This document shows, one piece after another, positions 58,046-64,000 of a stretch of 64,000 nt of DNA. How positions within the stretch are numbered: the first letter of the stretch is position 1; each line of letters opens with the position of its first letter. Source of the DNA: an uncultured Candidatus Poseidoniales archaeon (GTDB lineage Archaea > Thermoplasmatota > Poseidoniia > Poseidoniales > Poseidoniaceae); contig CAJJAV010000003.1 of NCBI GenBank assembly GCA_905182125.1, positions 62,069-126,068 on the forward strand. Reading direction: 5' to 3'. The notes under the pieces were generated by a model that ran no database searches, was not told where the DNA came from, and saw nothing but the letters and a program-made list of their open reading frames with translations. Both the position numbers and the translations under genes were made by a program.

Positions 58046-59497
58046 ATGCAAGAGGTGTTCAACTACATCGATGGTCTATTTTCTCCATCTGTCGATGGTG
58101 GACACCTCGAAAACCTCAATCCCGCAACGGGTGAAGTCATTTCGACCATCCCCCGTTCGCTTCAAGCAGATGTGGAACACGCAGCGAGTGCAGCACTCAG
58201 GGCCCAACCAGCATGGAACGCACTGAGCCTTGAACAACGGGCATTGTGGCTTGATCGCATTGCGGATGCCCTCGAGGAAAAGCATGAGCACATTGCCCAA
58301 TCTGAATCCCTAGACACTGGAAAACCAATCGCTCTTGCTCGACGCGTTGATGCTGCCCGTTCGGTGGATAATTTCCGATTCTTTGCAGAATTTGCAAGGG
58401 AACAAACGGAAATGACCTTCAAAATGGACGATGCTATGAACTATGTTCATCGAAATGGACTCGGGGTGGTTGGATTGATCACGCCGTGGAACCTTCCGCT
58501 TTATTTGCTCTCATGGAAGGTCGCCCCCGCCTTGTTGATGGGCAACACCGTTGTTGCCAAACCAAGCGAACTGACGCCGCTCACCGCCAATATTTTGGCA
58601 GAAACTCTGCATGAACTCAACCTACCAAAGGGGGTGTTCAACCTGGTCCATGGACTTGGGCCTGAAGTTGGTCAAGCTATCCTCGAGCACCCTGGAATCA
58701 AGGGTATTTCCTTCACCGGCGGTACCGCTACAGGGCGAATTGTTGCCGCCACAGCCGCACCCATGTTCAAGAAACTCTCACTGGAACTCGGCGGAAAGAA
58801 TGCCACCATCATCTTGGACGATGCTGATCTGGACATTGCTGTCAAAGGCGCAGTCCGTGCGGCGTTTACAAACTCTGGACAAGTGTGTTTGTGCGGCTCA
58901 CGTTTGCTTGTTCAATCATCCATTGCCGATGCCTTCCTACCCGCCTTCATCGCAGAAGTTGAAGCCATGAACATCGGGGCGCCGAGCGATGAGACTTCTC
59001 AAATCAGCTCAATCATTTCGAGGGAACATCTCCACAAAGTCGAGTCATACATCGAACTCGCACTCCAGGAAGGTGGCGACATCTTAACGGGAGGAACACG
59101 GGCAATGACTGGACCAGTTGGACCTGATGCTCACGGTGCGTACTTGGCACCCACCGTCATCGGTGGACTGAGTCATCTGTCCCGGTGTGCGACCGAGGAA
59201 ATTTTTGGTCCAGTGGTCACCGTTCACATTTTTGACACTCTTGAACAAGCCACAGAAATGGCGAACGCTACTGAATATGGTTTGGCGGGTTCAATCTGGA
59301 CAAAGGATGTTGCACAAGGCCGAGCTCTTGCTCAAACCATCGACACCGGCATCGTATGGATCAACACATGGCTGCATCGAGACTTACGCACGCCCTTTGG
59401 TGGAGTGAAGAACTCTGGCGTGGGTCGTGAAGGCGGGCAGTGGTCTCTTGGATTCTTTTCTGAGACCACCAACATCTGTGTTATCGACCCTAAATGA
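58046..59497 (+). CDS. 2-aminomuconate/2-hydroxymuconate semialdehyde dehydrogenase (ALDH8/AmnC-like)
   Basis: NFRFFA, PWNLPLYLLSWKVAPAL, FTGGT.TG, LELGGKN, GQVCLCGSR and RDLRTPFGGVK.SG.GREGG motifs. Confidence 0.85.
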   Translation: MQEVFNYIDGLFSPSVDGGHLENLNPATGEVISTIPRSLQADVEHAASAALRAQPAWNALSLEQRALWLDRIADALEEKHEHIAQSESLDTGKPIALARRVDAARSVDNFRFFAEFAREQTEMTFKMDDAMNYVHRNGLGVVGLITPWNLPLYLLSWKVAPALLMGNTVVAKPSELTPLTANILAETLHELNLPKGVFNLVHGLGPEVGQAILEHPGIKGISFTGGTATGRIVAATAAPMFKKLSLELGGKNATIILDDADLDIAVKGAVRAAFTNSGQVCLCGSRLLVQSSIADAFLPAFIAEVEAMNIGAPSDETSQISSIISREHLHKVESYIELALQEGGDILTGGTRAMTGPVGPDAHGAYLAPTVIGGLSHLSRCATEEIFGPVVTVHIFDTLEQATEMANATEYGLAGSIWTKDVAQGRALAQTIDTGIVWINTWLHRDLRTPFGGVKNSGVGREGGQWSLGFFSETTNICVIDPK

Positions 59498-59547
59498 TTC
59501 GATGCCGATGAACACATCTTCAAAAGCACATCGTCGCTAATGATGTC

Positions 59548-60279
59548 ATGACCAGCCAAGCCACCCTCCCATTGTTTGTCTTGCCCATGGTGTTGATGCC
59601 AGGGGAAGTACAGGAACTCAGGGTGTTCGAACCCCGTTATCGACAGATGCTCGATGATTGTGTCCTCGACAACAAAAACTTCGGGCTGGTCATGAACGAT
59701 CCGTTTGAACTCACGAACCATTGGGATGGACCAAGAAGCCACGGTTGCGAAGCAGAAATCTTAGAACACGACACCAAAGGAAGCAATCACTTTCTCTCCA
59801 TCATTGGTCGACGTCGCTTTGTCGTCGAGGATGTCATTGCCCCCGCTCTTCCACCTTTTGAACACCCTTCGATGGAAGCGTTGAACGAAGATGACGGGTT
59901 ATATCCAGATCTTCAAACGTTGCTCAGCCACGTGCCGGAAGCATCAACCCATGAGAAGTTGTACATCGCAGCAAAGGTGCGCTACTATGAGGATGAAGCA
60001 CCCACCAGTGATGAACATCAAACCATGTTGCGTGAGATTCTTGATGGCGTCTTGAAGCGAATTGGAGCCATCCTTCGCATCGATGACATCACCCTCGATT
60101 CGTGGGTCTCAGAGCGCGTTGACCACGTTATTGATGAAAGCCCAACCTCGGTGTTCACGGTCGCTGCTCTCGTCCTCAACGGCCTTGAAGCGAAGCAACA
60201 AGTTCTCGCAAGTGCTGATGCTGAGGAGGCATTGGCTGAATTAAATCACCAATTGTCTTCATTCTATGAGGAAGAATGA
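59548..60279 (+). CDS. stand-alone LON substrate-binding (N-terminal) domain protein
   Basis: LPLFVL..VL.PG....[10 protein letters not shown]...C and G.RRF motifs. Confidence 0.8.
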   Translation: MTSQATLPLFVLPMVLMPGEVQELRVFEPRYRQMLDDCVLDNKNFGLVMNDPFELTNHWDGPRSHGCEAEILEHDTKGSNHFLSIIGRRRFVVEDVIAPALPPFEHPSMEALNEDDGLYPDLQTLLSHVPEASTHEKLYIAAKVRYYEDEAPTSDEHQTMLREILDGVLKRIGAILRIDDITLDSWVSERVDHVIDESPTSVFTVAALVLNGLEAKQQVLASADAEEALAELNHQLSSFYEEE

Positions 60280-60331
60280 GCCTACAATCTGCCGGCGAGG
60301 GTTTCAAATCACCCCCAACCGTGGGAGAACC

Positions 60332-61153
60332 ATGTCCGTACATCGCAATGCGCGTAAAGTAACGACACACACACTTCTGGAAATGAAGCGTGCTGAGGAA
60401 AAAATCACCATGCTCACCGCATACGATTATTCCCTAGCGAAGTTGGTTGACCAAGCAGGCGTCGATGTGATCCTCGTTGGAGACTCTGCCTCCAACGTTA
60501 TGGCAGGACAAGTCACAACTGTACCAATGACCTTGGATCACATGATCTATCACGCACAATGTGTCCAACGGGCCGTTGACCGAGCGTTGATTGTCGTCGA
60601 TATGCCATTTGGAACCTATCAAGGAAACTCTGCCATCGCCCTTGAATCGGCCATCCGCATCATGAAGGAAGCTGAAGGCCACGCTGTGAAACTTGAGGGT
60701 GGTTCTGAAATCATCCAATCCGTCGAGCGTATTTTAACCGCTGGAATACCAGTGATGGGGCACCTCGGCCTCACCCCGCAATCCATCTACAAGTTTGGCA
60801 CATACACCGTTCGCGCCAAAGAGGAAGAAGAAGCTGAAAAATTGATTTCGGATGCGAAATTGCTTGAGGCGACAGGCTGCTTTGCTATTGTCCTTGAGAA
60901 AATACCTCGAGAATTGGCGAAGCGGGTTCAAGAATCAATCTCTATCCCTACCATCGGTATTGGGGCAGGTCCTGACTGCGATGGACAAGTTTTGGTGCTT
61001 CACGACTTGCTTGGCATCACCATGGACTTTTCACCTCGGTTCCTGCGTCGTTACCTCAACCTTGCAGAAGACATCAACTCAGCAATCACCAACTATTGCG
61101 AAGATGTACGGTCCGGAGACTTCCCGAATGATTCGGAAAGTTACACCTCGTGA
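60332..61153 (+). CDS. panB: 3-methyl-2-oxobutanoate hydroxymethyltransferase
   Basis: [32 protein letters not shown] and IGIGAG..CDGQVLV motifs. Confidence 0.96.
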   Translation: MSVHRNARKVTTHTLLEMKRAEEKITMLTAYDYSLAKLVDQAGVDVILVGDSASNVMAGQVTTVPMTLDHMIYHAQCVQRAVDRALIVVDMPFGTYQGNSAIALESAIRIMKEAEGHAVKLEGGSEIIQSVERILTAGIPVMGHLGLTPQSIYKFGTYTVRAKEEEEAEKLISDAKLLEATGCFAIVLEKIPRELAKRVQESISIPTIGIGAGPDCDGQVLVLHDLLGITMDFSPRFLRRYLNLAEDINSAITNYCEDVRSGDFPNDSESYTS

Positions 61154-61636
61154 TCAGAAGATGTTGTACAGCACAACAGCGCCTGCGAAGGCACCTAAAT
61201 CGATGCCCATGGCATGCCATATGCCGTACGTAAACGGAGGCAACTGACGGCGTCCCCACATCATTGAAACGGTAACCCAGGCCAAGAAGATGGCGTACAT
61301 GCCACAAAACAAAGCACCCCAGCCAGACAACCAAACCACGCACAATGGAAGAGCGAGAGCGGCGAATCCTAAACTGTATTCAAAGCAGCGCTTGAACGAA
61401 GTGTGAACCAGGAGACGGTAGGTCAACGGAGAGAAAAACAAGGCCAAGAGCAAACCGAATTGGACCGGATTTGGCAGGTAGATTGAATCAAAATTCGATG
61501 AGTAGTTTTCCCAAGCACTTCCAAGCACTGAACCAAACAAGGCAGGGGCAAGGATGTGCTTCAGACCGGTCTTCAGGTCATCTTTGGTGGACAGCACTCT
61601 TTGCTCATCCACGATGATGCTCACCCCGTCCTCCAT
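61154..61636 (-). CDS. hypothetical membrane protein (about 5 TM)
   Basis: Hydrophobic ORF abutting the panB stop; start uncertain (ATG 61636 or a nearby GTG). Confidence 0.65.
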   Translation of the reverse strand: MEDGVSIIVDEQRVLSTKDDLKTGLKHILAPALFGSVLGSAWENYSSNFDSIYLPNPVQFGLLLALFFSPLTYRLLVHTSFKRCFEYSLGFAALALPLCVVWLSGWGALFCGMYAIFLAWVTVSMMWGRRQLPPFTYGIWHAMGIDLGAFAGAVVLYNIF

Positions 61637-61736
61637 GACCTGTCGAAATCGCCGCCTTGTTTGAGCCTTGGGTCCAACATGTTTGCAGGGGTGAAACGCC
61701 GATGTCGATATATCCCCCAAGCGCGTGGCTCTGTCC

Positions 61737-62639
61737 ATGACGCAAGGTGAAATCGTAGCGGGTTGTTTGGCACCCCATCCTCCTCATCTGGTCTATGCCG
61801 AGAACCCACCTCAAAACGAACCTGTTGCAGAAGGCGGTTGGGAACAACTTCGATGGGGCTATGAACGCTTGAGAGATTCCCTCAAAGATGTGGAATATGA
61901 TGCGATTGTGTTGCTATCACCCCATTGGCAAACCTACGTCGGAACCCATTTCCTCGGTCTTCCGAATTTCAAGAGCCTCTCCGTCGACCCTGTGTTTCCA
62001 AACCTGTTCCGCTACCACTATGATCTCAACATCGACGTGGACTTGACTTCAAAGATTCATGACAAAGCCGCAGAAGCAGGCTTGGCTGTGAAAATGATGG
62101 AAAATCCAGACTTCCGCGTGGACTATGGCACCATCACCACCGGCCACATGTTTAATCCAGCATGGGACAAGCCGCTCGTGGTCATCTCGAGCAACCGTTC
62201 AAGGGATTACTATTCGGTTGAAGTCATGCAAGAAATGATGATTGAACTCGGCAAAGTGACCCGCGAAGCTATTTTGGAAAGTGGCAAGAAGGTAGTCGTT
62301 ATTGCGAGCAACTCCCTTTCACACCGCCACTTTACCACTGAGTCGGCCATTCCAGAAGACATGAGCAAAGAGCACATTACGAGCCATGCCATGCATCTGT
62401 GGGACATGCGCATGATCAACTACTTCCGCACAGGCCAGGCGCAACGAATCCTCGACGAAATGCCTGAGTTCACTGAGCAAGCCATTGCCGAAAGCGATGG
62501 TGGAGGCTTGTCGTGGCTCCTTTCAACCCTTGACACGCCAAGTTACCCTGCAACACTGCACGGGTATGGAACGATCATCGGGACTGGAAACGCCATTGTC
62601 GAATGGCCGGAACGAGACCACAAGGAGGCGAAACAATGA
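61737..62639 (+). CDS. amnB: 2-aminophenol 1,6-dioxygenase catalytic beta subunit (AmnB/CnbCb, LigB fold)
   Basis: APHPPHLVYAENPPQNEP, GGWEQLRWGYE, SPHW, SVDPVFPNLFRY, FRVDYGTIT, SLSHRH, AESD and GYGT.IGTGNA motifs; His/His/Glu iron ligands appear present. Confidence 0.88.
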   Translation: MTQGEIVAGCLAPHPPHLVYAENPPQNEPVAEGGWEQLRWGYERLRDSLKDVEYDAIVLLSPHWQTYVGTHFLGLPNFKSLSVDPVFPNLFRYHYDLNIDVDLTSKIHDKAAEAGLAVKMMENPDFRVDYGTITTGHMFNPAWDKPLVVISSNRSRDYYSVEVMQEMMIELGKVTREAILESGKKVVVIASNSLSHRHFTTESAIPEDMSKEHITSHAMHLWDMRMINYFRTGQAQRILDEMPEFTEQAIAESDGGGLSWLLSTLDTPSYPATLHGYGTIIGTGNAIVEWPERDHKEAKQ

Positions 62640-64000
62640 CCGAAGGTTCAATCGTTGGTTCGTTCATTGTCCCGGTCCACCCTCACACAGTGTTAGCCCC
62701 TGAACAAAATGAGGGCTGGCAACGTTTGCGAGATGCTTTTGATGAAGCGGCTCAACGAATCAAGGACGCTGATGCAGATTTGCTGATCATCTATTCGACG
62801 ACATGGCCGAGCATCATTGGCCACCAGATCCAAGCCGATCCGAATCCAGAATGGGTGATGGTGGACAATGACTTCCACGATCTCGGCTCGATTCCCTATT
62901 CATTCAACATCGATGCTGATTTTGCCCATGCCTGGAACGAAGCAAATGAGAAGCGTGGTTTGAAATCGCGAACCGTGAACTACACGGGTTTCCCCATCGA
63001 TGTGGGTTCCGTCGTGGCCCTCAAATTACTGAATCCTGACAACGCAATCCCAGCAGTCATTGTGTCCTCCAACGTCTATGCCAACCGCTCGGAAACCACG
63101 GTTCTTGCCAAATCATGCCTCGATGTGATCAAGGCCACCGGGCGTAAAGCGGTTGCAATTACTGCCATGTCCCTATCGAACAGAATGTTTACCGCCCCAA
63201 TTGATCCGAAAGATGACCGGATTCATTCCTTGAAAGACGACGAATGGAATCGGAAGATCCTCGAGTTCCTCGGCGAGGGCCGTATGGAAGATGTTGGTCA
63301 ACTCTCAAGAACCATTCACAAGCAAATCCGAGTCCAGAAAGTCGTTGCATTCAAACCGATGTGGTGGCTTTCAGGCATGAACGATAATCGCAACAACCTC
63401 AGTGGTGAAGTCCTCGCTTACGAAGCAATTCACGGTGCTGGCGGGGCTGTGGTTCATCTTGATCCGACACCTTCAGGTGCAGGTGACAAAGAATACGATG
63501 AAGATGATGTCGAATTTTACAGTGGTGAGCGAAACGTGCTCGATGCTGAAGAAGAGCAGGAACTCATCGAGGAAGCAAAAAAACCAACCTCAGGCGGCCC
63601 TGAACTTTGGGAGCCGACAACTGGAGAGCACTCGGTCAACAGTGAAGCCGCACCAAAACCAGTGGGCATGTACCCCCACGCCCGAAAGGTCGGTGATTTG
63701 CTGTACCTGTCTGGAGTCGGACCACGGCAACCCGGAACAAACGCCATCCCCGGTGGACCAATCTGTGATGAGAACGGCAAGGCACTCGACTACGACATAA
63801 AAGCACAGACAAAAGCAGTTGTTGACAACATCACACGGATTTTAGAAGAAGCCGGAGGATCCATCGAAGATGTCCTCGATGTGACCTCGTTCCTCGTCGA
63901 TATGGATCGAGATTTCAGTGGTTACAATGAGGTCTGGGCCGAGACACTTGGAAAAGTTGGTCCAACAAGGACCACGCTCGCTATTCGGGCACTCCCAACA
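62636..64000 (+). CDS. amnA: 2-aminophenol 1,6-dioxygenase alpha subunit fused to a RidA-family (2-aminomuconate deaminase-like) domain; runs off the 3' edge and is not in the ORF track
   Basis: Manual translation of 455 uninterrupted codons from an ATGA overlap: MTEGSIVGSFIVPVHPH...LIIYSTTW...GFPIDVG...SLSNR...DEWNRKIL, an acidic linker, then APKPVGMYPHARKVGDLLYLSGVGPR...VDMDRDF..YNEVW...PTRTT. Confidence 0.85.
   Translation, partial: MTEGSIVGSFIVPVHPHTVLAPEQNEGWQRLRDAFDEAAQRIKDADADLLIIYSTTWPSIIGHQIQADPNPEWVMVDNDFHDLGSIPYSFNIDADFAHAWNEANEKRGLKSRTVNYTGFPIDVGSVVALKLLNPDNAIPAVIVSSNVYANRSETTVLAKSCLDVIKATGRKAVAITAMSLSNRMFTAPIDPKDDRIHSLKDDEWNRKILEFLGEGRMEDVGQLSRTIHKQIRVQKVVAFKPMWWLSGMNDNRNNLSGEVLAYEAIHGAGGAVVHLDPTPSGAGDKEYDEDDVEFYSGERNVLDAEEEQELIEEAKKPTSGGPELWEPTTGEHSVNSEAAPKPVGMYPHARKVGDLLYLSGVGPRQPGTNAIPGGPICDENGKALDYDIKAQTKAVVDNITRILEEAGGSIEDVLDVTSFLVDMDRDFSGYNEVWAETLGKVGPTRTTLAIRALPT

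Overview
This is a gene-dense archaeal chromosome segment. Archaeal TFB, ribosomal protein L40e, membrane-anchored LonB, CTP-dependent riboflavin kinase, archaeal PheS/AspS and a FlaK/PibD-type peptidase occur together with many bacterial-type genes and large surface proteins, which points (by inference) to Marine Group II Thermoplasmatota (Ca. Poseidoniales). It holds about 55 CDS and two tRNAs (Thr-UGU, Ala-UGC); I found no rRNA, CRISPR array, integrase or transposase. Main points: (1) an apparent archaeal o-aminophenol meta-cleavage system at 52-64 kb, with 2-aminophenol 1,6-dioxygenase beta subunit, an alpha subunit fused to a Rid deaminase (absent from the ORF track because it runs off the window), an ALDH8/AmnC-type dehydrogenase co-operonic with a luciferase-like oxidoreductase and a variant asparaginase-II protein, and an SDR plus alpha/beta hydrolase; (2) a translationally coupled operon of a DUF835 protein, a bacterial DnaA-like AAA+ domain protein lacking the DNA-binding domain, and a CxxCxxCC-family (YkgJ) protein; (3) a circularly permuted glycerophosphodiester phosphodiesterase; (4) an MBL-fold protein with its metal ligands lost or replaced by Cys; (5) a secreted nuclease with animal DNase I-like motifs; (6) an AT-richer variable region of surface lipoproteins next to tRNA-Ala. 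All family calls are by-eye motif recognition, not database searches. Several start codons were moved downstream of the ORF-track starts.
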